A DNA stretch of 32,000 bases, from the NCBI RefSeq assembly GCF_007748075.1, contig NZ_CP036280.1, forward strand, positions 690,001-722,000, given 5' to 3'. Below are positions 7,504-17,300 of the stretch, piece by piece (the stretch's first letter is position 1; each line of letters opens with the position of its first letter). The notes under the pieces were generated by a model that was not told where the DNA came from, searched no databases, and worked only from the letters and a program-made list of their open reading frames with translations. The translations under genes were made by a program, and so were the position numbers. The DNA is from Mucisphaera calidilacus (GTDB taxonomy: Bacteria; Planctomycetota; Phycisphaerae; Phycisphaerales; Phycisphaeraceae).

Positions 7504-10007
7504 TCCGATGCCTGCTGGTCGTGCTGCTGCTGGTCGGGCTTGTGCGCGCGCAGGAGTTATCCGTTGAGGATCTGACCGAGCAGGTGGAGCGTCAGACCGA
7601 GCGGGTGCGTGACGGACGCGTCTCGGCGGAGGATCGCGAGTCGGCGGTGCTGGAGCGGGTCGAGTCGCTGCGGCAGCTGGTAGTCGGCTTCCCGGAGGAC
7701 GAGGCCTACCCCGAGCACCTCGCGAACTGGGCCGAGGCCGTGCTTTACGAGCGGCTCGGTGCGCTGGAGAGTCTGGCAGTGGTATCCCACGAGTTCGGGA
7801 TACCGACCGAGGCGCACCGTCAGGCGATGGAGCAGACGCTTGGTGAACTGATCGAGCGGCTCGAGGCATTTGATGTCAACGACGACAGTGTCGACGAGCC
7901 GCTGCGCTGGCGGCTGCTGATGTCGTTGGCGACGGCCCGGCACGCGGCGGGGTTCCTGCCGGCCTTCGATCCCGAGGACACGCGCAGTGACGCATTGGTG
8001 GACATCTACCGGATTGTGGATGAGATCGATCACCGGCCGGTGCCTGCGGCTGTCCGGGTGCTCGAGGCTCGGGTCCGGCTGGCGCTGGGGGAGCTGCTTA
8101 CGGCAGGGGAATTGGTCGAGCCGCTGCTCGAGGTGGAGCCGTTGCCGATGGACGGCACCCACCGACTGGCTCAGCTCGTGCTGGCCGATTCGCTGCGGCG
8201 ACGTGGTGAGACAGAGCGCGCGGACGTGGTGGTGGCGGCACTCAGTCGTCGGTTGACCTCGGCTGCCGACGCGGCCTGGCGTCTGGTGATTGCTGATTGG
8301 CGTTACCGGGGACGTCCTGATCTTGAGATCTACCGGCCGCTGACGCTCGCGGGTCCAGGCGTGGCGTGGATCCGTGCCGTGCTCGCCGAGCGGTGGCTCG
8401 AAGCCTATCTCGATGCGTCCGAAGCAGAGATCGCATCGCTCCCGCTCTGGGTCCGGACACAGCTGCTGCACTCGGCGTGGGAGCGGCTGCCGGTTCATCC
8501 CGTCGAGGCACTGGCCTTTTCTTCGTCGGTGATGCTCGGCGACAGCGAGCGCGAGCGGCTGGTCTGGGTGGGACGGCTGGCCCGGATGCTCGCGCAGTCC
8601 ACGGACCTGCTGCACGACGCCAGGCAGGAGGCGGAACGGATCGCGGTGCTTGCCGAGTTTGCACGTTCCGATCGACGTCCCGAGGACGCGGTCGCAGCGG
8701 CAGAGGATCTGTTGGATCTGGCCGAGCGCAAGCGTCGCACGGCCGCCGCGGTGCTGGTGCGTGAGGCCGCGGACCTGCTCTGGCCGCACCAGTCGGCCTT
8801 CGTCACGGCAGACGAAGACCCGCTGACACCCTTGCTGCTCGAATCGATCGGCCGCGTCTTCGCCGAAGCGCCCCGGCTGCTGGCCGACACGCCGAACCAC
8901 GTGCTGATGGTGGCGCATTACATCGACCGGGTGGGCGTCGGAGCGCAGGAGGCCGTTGCGTTCTATCGACGGGTGCCGCTGGAGGCACTGGGCTACTGGC
9001 AGGCGCAGCCGCTGCTGCTGGTCGAGCTGCGTCGTGGGGCGAAGGAGACGATCGATCCGCCGGTGCGTCAGCGTCTGAGGCGTGACCTGCTGCTGGAGAT
9101 GGCGAGGCTGGATGCCGAGGGCGCACGCCAGCTGATGGACGAGGACGCCACGATCGCGCGTCGTGACGGGGCACGCACGGCCCTGTTCCGAGTCCGGCTG
9201 CTGCGTGCCGAACTGGCGGCGGAGGCGGGGGACGTCGCGTCGGGCCAGCGATGGTTGCAGGAGGCCGTTGCGATCGACGGCAGGCCGCGTGCGCGGCTCG
9301 AGGTCGCGGTGGTCCAGACCCGTTTCCTGATCGAACGCGACGACATCGCCGGTGCGCTGGAACGACTGAACCGCCTGCCGGCCCGAGAGTCGGTGGTGCG
9401 GCGTCTGGCGATCGACATGCTCAACCGCGTCGGCAGCCGACTCACGCCTGTCGCACTGCTGGAACTCGACCCGCCCGATGCATCGGTAGAGGTCATGCCG
9501 ACCGACCCCGCAGTGCTCGGGCTGGCCGAGCGGCTCTCCGGACGCAGCGTGGAGCAGATCGATCCCGCGGACCCAGACCCGGCGGCGCAGGCCGAGCTGT
9601 ACGCGGCTCGCCTGCTGCGTGCGCACATGCTGCTTCTGCGTGGTGATGCTGCGGCCTCCGCGACGCTCGCGGGCGAACTGGTCGAGGGCGCGTTCGCGAC
9701 GCCCGAGGTCATCGAGCTGGCGGTGGTGGCCAACCTGCGCGTCGGGACGCGCGTGTCTCTGTTTAACGCCTCGCTGATGGCGGATCGCGTGATCCAGGGC
9801 TACGACGCCCCGCCGTTCCCCGATCGCTGGTGGCGTTGCTGGCTCCGGCGACTGCTGATTCTTGAGCGGCTGCGCGTCGGGGTGGCTCAGGTCCCTCCCC
9901 AGGTCCGGCGGCTCCAGCGGATCAACCCGAACCTCGGCGGGCCGGAGCTCAAGCCGCGCTTCATCGAGCTGGCCCAGAGGGCCTCAACGCCGGCCGCGTC
10001 GGAGTGA
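7500..10007 (+). CDS. Secreted 835-aa all-helical (TPR/solenoid-like) protein of unknown function
   Basis: The TTG start overlaps the exbD-2 stop (TTGA). N-terminal signal peptide MIRCLLVVLLLVGLVRA-QE. The rest is rich in Leu/Ala/Arg/Glu and has no catalytic motif I recognise. Strong GC3 bias supports this frame over the 689-aa antisense ORF. Confidence 0.7.
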   Translation: MIRCLLVVLLLVGLVRAQELSVEDLTEQVERQTERVRDGRVSAEDRESAVLERVESLRQLVVGFPEDEAYPEHLANWAEAVLYERLGALESLAVVSHEFGIPTEAHRQAMEQTLGELIERLEAFDVNDDSVDEPLRWRLLMSLATARHAAGFLPAFDPEDTRSDALVDIYRIVDEIDHRPVPAAVRVLEARVRLALGELLTAGELVEPLLEVEPLPMDGTHRLAQLVLADSLRRRGETERADVVVAALSRRLTSAADAAWRLVIADWRYRGRPDLEIYRPLTLAGPGVAWIRAVLAERWLEAYLDASEAEIASLPLWVRTQLLHSAWERLPVHPVEALAFSSSVMLGDSERERLVWVGRLARMLAQSTDLLHDARQEAERIAVLAEFARSDRRPEDAVAAAEDLLDLAERKRRTAAAVLVREAADLLWPHQSAFVTADEDPLTPLLLESIGRVFAEAPRLLADTPNHVLMVAHYIDRVGVGAQEAVAFYRRVPLEALGYWQAQPLLLVELRRGAKETIDPPVRQRLRRDLLLEMARLDAEGARQLMDEDATIARRDGARTALFRVRLLRAELAAEAGDVASGQRWLQEAVAIDGRPRARLEVAVVQTRFLIERDDIAGALERLNRLPARESVVRRLAIDMLNRVGSRLTPVALLELDPPDASVEVMPTDPAVLGLAERLSGRSVEQIDPADPDPAAQAELYAARLLRAHMLLLRGDAAASATLAGELVEGAFATPEVIELAVVANLRVGTRVSLFNASLMADRVIQGYDAPPFPDRWWRCWLRRLLILERLRVGVAQVPPQVRRLQRINPNLGGPELKPRFIELAQRASTPAASE

Positions 10008-10062
10008 CTACAATCCGGGCCGGGAAGACTTGTTACTGACAGACTGTGAGGAACGACCGTTG

Positions 10063-11130
10063 ATGGATATGCGCACGATTCCCGGCACCGATCTGACCGT
10101 GTCGCTGCTGGCCTTCGGTAACTTCGTGTTCGGCACGAACTGGTGGGGCGACTTCTCCGACGACGAAGCGGTCTCGATTCAGAACCGGGCGGTCGACCTG
10201 GGCGTCACGTTTTTCGATACCGCGCCGGCTTACGGCAACGGCCGGGCCGAACAACTGCTGGGCCGGACGATCCGTGAGATCGGCCGAGAGAAACTGACCA
10301 TCTCCACGAAGTTCGGCTACGACCTCGTCGCTGACCCGGGCGTGGAGGGGTCGCATCGCGAGCGGCGGCAGAACTTCTCGCCAGCCCACGTCCGTCGTGA
10401 GCTTGAGCAGTCCCTGCGTGACCTCGATATCGAGACCATCGACCTCTATCAGGCGCACAACATCAAGCTCGAACACTACGCCGACGAGCTCTTCGAGACG
10501 CTGGAGACGCTCAAGGTCGAGGGCAAGATCCGGCACTGGGGCGTGGCACTCGGCCCGGCGATCGGCTGGCGGGAGGAAGGGCACCAGGCTCTTCTCGAAC
10601 GTAGCGCTGCGACCGTGCAGACCGTCTACAACCTTTACGAGCAGGCCCCCGGCCGGGAGCTGTGCGAGATCGCGACCCAGACCGGGAAGGGGGGTGTGAT
10701 CGCCCGTGTGCCGACCAACTCGGGGATACTCGACGACGAGTTCAAGTCCCCCGATCACAAGTTCGCCCAGAACGATCACCGCAAGTTCAGGGACAAGGCG
10801 TGGCTGGTCTACGGGCTGAAGAAGAACGACATGGTGCGGCCTGTTGCCGAGCAGCTGGGCTTGTCGCTGCGGCAGCTGGCGACGAAGTGGCTCGCGAGTC
10901 AGCCCGGGCTGGTGTCGATCGAGCCGAACATGCTGTCGCTGGAGGACGTAACGGAGTACGCTGCGGCCTGCGCCGGCGACGCGTTACCGGACGCCGTGCT
11001 CAAGCAACTGTCCTCGTGGTACGACGATGACTATGGGCTGGGCGACGAGGCTCATCCCTGCGACATCAAGTCCTCGACGGCCGAGGGCGGTGCGGTCCGA
11101 AGCGATTATCTGGCACCGAGCCTGACATGA
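10063..11130 (+). CDS. Aldo/keto reductase family oxidoreductase
   Basis: AKR-like N-terminus (LLAFGNFVFGTNWWG, FFDTAPAYGNGRAEQLLG) and DLYQAHN. The ATG at 10063 follows GAGGA. The ORF-track start at 9862 overlaps the upstream gene. Confidence 0.8.
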   Translation: MDMRTIPGTDLTVSLLAFGNFVFGTNWWGDFSDDEAVSIQNRAVDLGVTFFDTAPAYGNGRAEQLLGRTIREIGREKLTISTKFGYDLVADPGVEGSHRERRQNFSPAHVRRELEQSLRDLDIETIDLYQAHNIKLEHYADELFETLETLKVEGKIRHWGVALGPAIGWREEGHQALLERSAATVQTVYNLYEQAPGRELCEIATQTGKGGVIARVPTNSGILDDEFKSPDHKFAQNDHRKFRDKAWLVYGLKKNDMVRPVAEQLGLSLRQLATKWLASQPGLVSIEPNMLSLEDVTEYAAACAGDALPDAVLKQLSSWYDDDYGLGDEAHPCDIKSSTAEGGAVRSDYLAPSLT

Positions 11131-11681
11131 GTGACAATCACGCGGAACGGACCGAGGCAGAGCGAAGCGAGTTGACGCGTTATGCGCGGTTCGCGGTTGA
11201 GCAGATGCCTCTTGCTCGCCGTGATGGCGGGACGGTTCATGCCCAGTACATCCGGCCGGCCGACGCGGTGGTGGTTCTGCCCATGTTCGCCAACCGGGAC
11301 GTGATGATGATCCGCAACCACCGGTTTGCTGTGGGGCTGGAGCTCTGGGAACTGCCCGCGGGGACGATCGACCCGGGCGAGGACCCGCTGGTCTGCGCCC
11401 ACCGGGAACTCGAGGAGGAGACGGGATACGCAGCGGTGATCATGGAGCCGGTGACCGACTTCGTCACCTGTCCCGGGTTGTGCACCGAGCGGATCTACGC
11501 TTACATGGCTCGGGACCTGACCGCGTCGGAGCAGAAACTGGATCAGACCGAGCAGATCGTTCCCGAACGTGTGAGTTGGGAACGGGCCATGTCGATGGTT
11601 CAGGACGGGACGATCCGAGACGCCAAGACGATCGCGACGCTTTTGTTCGCGGAGTGCTTTCTGAGACAGGAACTGGGCTGA
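11127..11681 (+). CDS. NUDIX hydrolase (ADP-ribose pyrophosphatase-like)
   Basis: Nudix box GTIDPGEDPLVCAHRELEEETGY (Gx5Ex7REUxEExGU). Its start overlaps the AKR stop (ATGA). Confidence 0.85.
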   Translation: MSDNHAERTEAERSELTRYARFAVEQMPLARRDGGTVHAQYIRPADAVVVLPMFANRDVMMIRNHRFAVGLELWELPAGTIDPGEDPLVCAHRELEEETGYAAVIMEPVTDFVTCPGLCTERIYAYMARDLTASEQKLDQTEQIVPERVSWERAMSMVQDGTIRDAKTIATLLFAECFLRQELG

Positions 11682-12580
11682 TGAGTTTCGAGAACCGGGA
11701 CTATTACCGTGGTGAAGGCGGCGGGGGCTACCGCGGGGGCGGCATGGGCATGGGTGGCGGGCGTTTCTCGGGCGTGGTCAAGTGGCTGCTGATCATCAAC
11801 GTGGTGATCTACCTCTGGGACGGCATCATGCTCAGCAGCGCGCGTGGGCAGATGCTCGCGCTGATCCCGTGGAGCTATTTCTCGGTCGACCTGGCGATCT
11901 ACAACCTGCAGATCTGGCGTTTCATCACCTACCAGTTCATGCACTCGCCGAGCGACTTCACGCACATCCTCTTCAACATGATCGGTCTCTACTTCTTCGG
12001 CCCGCTGCTCGAACGGACGATCGGCAGCCGGCGGTTTCTGGCCTTCTATCTGCTCTGCGGTGTGAGTGGCGCGGTGGTGGCGTCGCTGCTGGGCGCGATC
12101 CCGGGGCTGATTTTTATGCCGCCAGAGATCCCCCTCGTGGGCGCGTCGGGCTCGCTCTTCGGCATCCTCGCGGCCTGCGCGGTGCTCTTCCCGAACATGC
12201 GGGTCATGCTGCTGTTCCCGCCGATTCCCATGACCATGCGCACGATGGCCTTTGTCTTTCTGGGGATCGCGGGCCTGTCGGTGCTCGCCGGGGCCATGAA
12301 CGGCGGTGGTGAGGCGGCCCACCTTGGCGGGGCGCTGCTGGGCTTCGTGCTGATCCGCAACCTGGGCTGGCTGAGCTTTGCCGACGGCGTCTCGCTGGAG
12401 GCATCCAGATCGGCCTTCGCACGCAAGATGGGCGAACTGCAGAAGGAGCAGCTCGCCAAGGAGCAGAAGGAAGTGGACCGCATCCTCGACAAGGTCCGCG
12501 AGAAGGGCCTGCAATCGCTCTCCAGCCGGGAGAAGAAGATCCTGCAGAAGGCAACCGACCGCCAGCGGAAGGCAAGCTGA
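11681..12580 (+). CDS. Rhomboid family intramembrane serine protease
   Basis: Multi-TM core with catalytic GASGSLFG (GxSG) and a downstream AHLGGALLG His. The ATG overlaps the Nudix stop (TGATG). The ORF-track start at 11480 lies inside the Nudix gene. Confidence 0.8.
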   Translation: MSFENRDYYRGEGGGGYRGGGMGMGGGRFSGVVKWLLIINVVIYLWDGIMLSSARGQMLALIPWSYFSVDLAIYNLQIWRFITYQFMHSPSDFTHILFNMIGLYFFGPLLERTIGSRRFLAFYLLCGVSGAVVASLLGAIPGLIFMPPEIPLVGASGSLFGILAACAVLFPNMRVMLLFPPIPMTMRTMAFVFLGIAGLSVLAGAMNGGGEAAHLGGALLGFVLIRNLGWLSFADGVSLEASRSAFARKMGELQKEQLAKEQKEVDRILDKVREKGLQSLSSREKKILQKATDRQRKAS

Positions 12581-12615
12581 GCCGGTTTCCGGTTTTCCGT
12601 TACCCTTGACGGGCT

Positions 12616-13857
12616 ATGCCTGCCTTGACCTACACCTTGCTGCGGGAGGATGGTGACCCCGGATCCCGGGCACGGCTGGGCCGCGTCGAGACGCCTCACG
12701 GCGGGTTTGACACCCCCGCGTTCATGCCGGTTGGGACCGCCGCATCGGTCAAGGGGCTGCTGCCCGAGGCCGTCGGGAGCATCGGCGCCCAGATCATTCT
12801 CTCGAATACCTACCACCTCCTCCTGAGGCCCGGCGAAGAACTCGTGCAGCGCATGGGCGGTCTGCAGAAGTGGATGCGCTGGGACGGCCCGGTGTTGACC
12901 GACTCCGGCGGCTACCAGGTCTTTTCCTTCGCCGACAAGAACAGCATCGGTGACGATGGCGTCAAGTTCCGGTCACACCTGGATGGCCGCGAGATCCACC
13001 TGAGTCCCGAGCGGTCCATTGCGGTTCAGAACGCGCTGGGCGCGGACATCATCATGGCCTTCGACGACTGCCCGCCGGCCCCCGATCGGCCCGAGGTGGT
13101 GGAGGCGACGGCGCTGGGACCCCGGCACGCGGTGCCCGACGCGGAGTATCAGGCCCGTCTGGCACAGGCCAACGACCGGACCGCCCGCTGGCTTGCGCGA
13201 TGCGTCAAGGCTCACCAGCGACCCGCGGATCAGGCGCTCTTCGGGATCGTGCAGGGAGGGATCGATCTCGATGCACGCAGGCAGAGCGTCGAGCAGGTCT
13301 GTCAGCACGACCTGCCCGGGTTCGCGATCGGCGGGGTAGCGGTCGGGGAGGGGTTCGACCAGCTCAAACGGGTGACCGAGCACACGGCTCCGCTGCTGCC
13401 CGAGGATCGGCCCCGCTACCTGATGGGGGTGGGGTACGAGCGGGACCTCGTGACGGCGGTGCGGGCCGGCGTGGACATGTTCGACTGCGTTCTGCCGACG
13501 CGAAACGCCCGGAATGCCAACGCTTTCACCCCCTTTGGCCAGATCCGGCTGCGGAACGCTCGCTTTTCGGAAGACGAGCGGGTCCTCGACGCCGGGTGCG
13601 ACTGCCCCGCCTGTGCGGGCGGGTTTTCCCGTAGCTACCTCAGGCACCTGTTTATTGCCGGCGAGATGCTGGGCGGGATCCTGCTGTCGTTGCACAATCT
13701 GAGGCACTTCCAGCGGCTGATGTTGGACATTCGGGCTGCGATCCGGGATAACACGTGGTCCGCCGTCGGCCGACACTGGCCGGTGACCCTGGCCGAGGGG
13801 CCGGGGACGGTGCGAAGCGATGGCCGTGACCTCTTGGAGTCTGATGCCGATGTCTAA
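12616..13857 (+). CDS. tgt: tRNA-guanine transglycosylase (queuine tRNA-ribosyltransferase)
   Basis: TDSGGYQVFS, GGVAVGE, MGVGYERD, VDMFDCVLPTR and the zinc motif CDCPAC...H. It carries about 30 extra residues after AFDDC (about 13072..13170) and a C-terminal extension. The tgt-yajC-secDF gene order is conserved. Confidence 0.9.
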   Translation: MPALTYTLLREDGDPGSRARLGRVETPHGGFDTPAFMPVGTAASVKGLLPEAVGSIGAQIILSNTYHLLLRPGEELVQRMGGLQKWMRWDGPVLTDSGGYQVFSFADKNSIGDDGVKFRSHLDGREIHLSPERSIAVQNALGADIIMAFDDCPPAPDRPEVVEATALGPRHAVPDAEYQARLAQANDRTARWLARCVKAHQRPADQALFGIVQGGIDLDARRQSVEQVCQHDLPGFAIGGVAVGEGFDQLKRVTEHTAPLLPEDRPRYLMGVGYERDLVTAVRAGVDMFDCVLPTRNARNANAFTPFGQIRLRNARFSEDERVLDAGCDCPACAGGFSRSYLRHLFIAGEMLGGILLSLHNLRHFQRLMLDIRAAIRDNTWSAVGRHWPVTLAEGPGTVRSDGRDLLESDADV

Positions 13858-14281
13858 TTCCCTGCCGGTCTGGGTTGCCCAGGCCGCCACGAATCCCGAT
13901 GCCCCCAACGTCGTCCCCGACACGCTCCCCGCAGCACCCTCCGCCCCGGGCGGGGTTGAGGGCCAACCGGGCACGACCGACCCCACGATGCAGCAGCAGC
14001 AGGCGACGGGGGGCGGTTTTGAATTCATGATGCTGATCTTCCTCGGCGTCATGGTTCTGATGCTCTTCTTCTCCTGGCGCTCGCAGTCGAGCGAGAAGAA
14101 GAAACGCGAAGCCATGCTCAGCAGCCTCACCAAGGGCGCCAAGGTCCAGACCATCGGCGGGATCCTCGGCACCGTGACCCAGCTCAAGGACGATGAGGTC
14201 GTTCTGCGCGTGGACGAGGGAACGACGCTCCGCTTCACGCGGGGTGCCGTGCAGTCGGTCCTCGACGAACCGGATGCGTGA
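13844..14281 (+). CDS. yajC: Preprotein translocase subunit YajC
   Basis: Single TM FMMLIFLGVMVLMLFF followed by the YajC-typical KGAKVQTIGGILGTVTQLKDDEVVLRV. The ATG at 13844 has GGAG 4 nt upstream. ATGs at 13820 and 13850 are alternatives. Confidence 0.8.
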   Translation: MPMSNSLPVWVAQAATNPDAPNVVPDTLPAAPSAPGGVEGQPGTTDPTMQQQQATGGGFEFMMLIFLGVMVLMLFFSWRSQSSEKKKREAMLSSLTKGAKVQTIGGILGTVTQLKDDEVVLRVDEGTTLRFTRGAVQSVLDEPDA

Positions 14282-14365
14282 TCCCGGGGGGATGAAACGA
14301 ATGTCTTGCCTCTTGGCTAGAGAGGTTGTCCAGCCTACGGGCTTATCGATCGGAAACGGCTGACG

Positions 14366-17300
14366 ATGAACGTGCCTGCCTGGAAGTGGATTCTGGTCCT
14401 CGTGGTGTTCGGGGTGTGCTTTGCGGCTTTCTGGCCGCCCGAGCAGCGGCTCAAGCCGGGTCTGGACCTGGCCGGTGGCACGACGCTGGTCTACACGGTG
14501 GATATCCCCGGCGGTCGTGATCCGGCGCAGGTGATCGACGAGACCATCGACGTCCTCCGAGACCGCATCGACCCGACCGGCACCCGCAACCTCGTCTGGC
14601 GACGCGTGGCCGGCAACCGCGTCGAGATCCAGATGGCCCTCGCCAGCCCCGAGACGCGCGAGCGCCGCGAGGCTTACTACGACCTGCAGGCGCAGGTGCT
14701 CGAACGCAACATCGACCGTCGACGACTCGACGCGGTGGTGCGGCTCGCACCCGAAGCCCGTGACCGAGAGATGCAGGCGATCGCCGGCGACGATCAGCAC
14801 TATTTCGAGAAGCTCCAGCTTTACGCGGCGACGCAGGATTTTGCAGCGGCCCTGCGCGAGCCTTACGAGGCAGCGGTGGCCGCCTTCGAGGAGCAGCAGG
14901 CACGGCTCGACGCGATGCCCGAGGGCAGCGACGGCCGCGCGACCGTCGAGGCTCGCGTGGATGACCTGTTCGAGGCGATGCAGGAGGCGACCCGAGCCTA
15001 TCTCGAAGCCCGCACCCAGCGTGACGAGGCCCGTGCCGCGGTGCTCGCAGCCAACATCGAGCCTTACGAGATCCAGCGGGTCCTCGATCAGCCGACACGG
15101 CCCATCGATAACGATGACCCCCAGGGCCCGACCTACCGCGGCGTCGCAGAGGAAGAGATGATCGCGGCCCACGACGACCGCGCCGAAGTTCTCGAGAAGC
15201 TCTTCGAGGCCTGGACGGCCTACGAGGCGGTCAAGGGCCCGCTCGACGACCCTAACGACCTGATCGCTCTGCTCCGCGGCTCCGGCGTGCTCGAGTTCCG
15301 CATCGCCCCTTACGTCGATGAGATCCCCGCGGAGACCTACCTCGAGCAGCTGCGTGAACGCGGCCCGCGCGCGGGTGGCGATCAGCCGTTCCGCTGGTTC
15401 GAGGTCGACGAGCCGGAAGACTTCGAGCCGGACCCGCAGACGCTCGTCACCGAGTACGCAGGCAACCAGTACATCCTCCTCTCGAACACACGCGACAAGG
15501 CGCTGACCAAGGACACCGAGGGCTGGCAGCTCGTCTCCACCTCGCCGACGCAGGACAATGTCGGTCAGCCGGCCGTGGCCTTCACGCTCAACGACTTCGG
15601 CGGCCAGCTGATGTCGCAGATCACCGGCCCGAATCAGGGCAAGCCGATGGCGATCATCCTCGACAACCGGGTGATCTCGGCTCCGACGCTCCGCAGCAAG
15701 ATCGGTGCGCGGGGCATGATCTCCGGCGGCACGGGCGGCTTCAACCAGCAGGAACTGACCTACCTGATCCGCACGCTCAAGGCCGGCTCGCTTGAGGGCC
15801 AGCTCAGCGAGTACCCCGTTTCGATCAAGACGACCGGCTCCGCGGCCGGTGCCGACAACATCGCCAAGGGCACCTCGGCGGCGCGGCTCTCGCTGATCGT
15901 CGTGAGTGTCTTCGTCCTGCTCTATTACCTCGTACCGGGAATCGCGACGACGCTCGCGCTGGCGTTCAACATCGTCATCATCCTTGGCGTGATGGCCATG
16001 CTCGGGGCGACCTTCACCCTGCCGGGTATCGCGGGCATCGTCCTCACCATCGGTATGGCGGTCGACGCCAACGTTCTGATCTTCGAGCGCATCCGCGAGG
16101 AGCTTCAGGACAAGAAACGCGAGCTGATGATTGCGGTGCGCAACGGCTACGACAAGGCCTTCTCGTCGATCCTCGACGCCAACCTCACGACGCTGCTGAC
16201 CTGCGTCATCCTCGGCGCGACAGCGACCTCGGACATCAAGGGCTTTGCCTACACGCTCGGCATCGGCATCGTGGCCACGCTCTTCACCTCGCTCTTCGCC
16301 ACCCGCGTGTTGATTGAACTCTACCTCTCGCGTGTGCGCTCCCTGCCCATGCTCACGCTGGTTTTCCCGTTCATCCGGACCCTTCTCCACCCGCGTCTCG
16401 ACTGGATCGGGCTGCGCTGGATGGTGCTCCCGCTCTCGATCACACTCGTCAGCTGGGGCGTCTGGATGGTCAACGAGCGTGGTGAGGACCTCCTGGACAT
16501 CGAGTTCCGCTCGGGCACGCAGGTGAGTTTCACGCTCAGCGACGAGGGCATGATGGAAAACGCCGAGGCTCGAACGCGCGTCGAGGCGCTCGGCGAGGTC
16601 TCGCGGGCCATGAAGGCCGAGGGCTTCGACCCCGCGTCGCTGTCGCCCGTGCAGTCCGAGCTTCTCCCCGTCGTGGCCGGCATCGAGCAGGACTCCGCCG
16701 ACCGGGTCGCCCGGCAGATGGCCGACTACGAGCAGTCGATCGAGGAGGGGCTGACCGCCGAGGCCCCGGGCAAGCCCGCCGACCTCTCGCTCCTGATCGG
16801 GGCCGCGGTCGTTCCCGAGGGTGACATCGAGGGCACCCGGGCATCGGGCTTCAGCGTCTCGTCGCTGATCACCGACGCCGACGCTGTTTCGGCCGCGGTC
16901 AAGGCCGCCTTCGCCGACGTGCTCGACACCACACGCCCGATCCGCTTCGCCGATTCGGGCATCCGCTCGGTCGGGCAGGCACCGGTCTTCGCCATCGCGG
17001 AGTCGGACGGTGAAGTCGCGACGCTTGGCGACAACATCGGACGCCCGGAGGTGACCACCGACGTGACCGAGTTCCTCGGCGGTGTGGCGATCGTCCTCGA
17101 TGACCTCCAGCCGCCCGCGACGCTCGACGACCTCGAGCAGCGCATCGAGCGCATGCGGCGACAGCCGGCCTACGAGCCGCTCGGCTTCCGCGAGTCGATG
17201 GTGATCCCGCTCGACCTGTCGGAGCAGACCACCGAGGACGGCACGCCGCTCTACGACGCGGTGGTGGTGGTGACACGCGACGAGACAACCAACTACGCCG

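Noticed and set aside
7557-9626. 689-aa minus-strand ORF antisense to the 835-aa secreted protein
   Set aside because: The translation is Arg/Gln/Pro-rich with no signal or domain features. The plus frame has a signal peptide, translational coupling to exbD and GC3 bias. Confidence in the plus frame is still lower than for the motif-bearing genes.
12581-12615. Small hairpin CCGG-TTT-CCGG followed by TTTTCC between the rhomboid gene and tgt, as a possible terminator
   Set aside because: The stem is only 4-5 bp, too weak to call. The 35-nt gap is also compatible with read-through into tgt.
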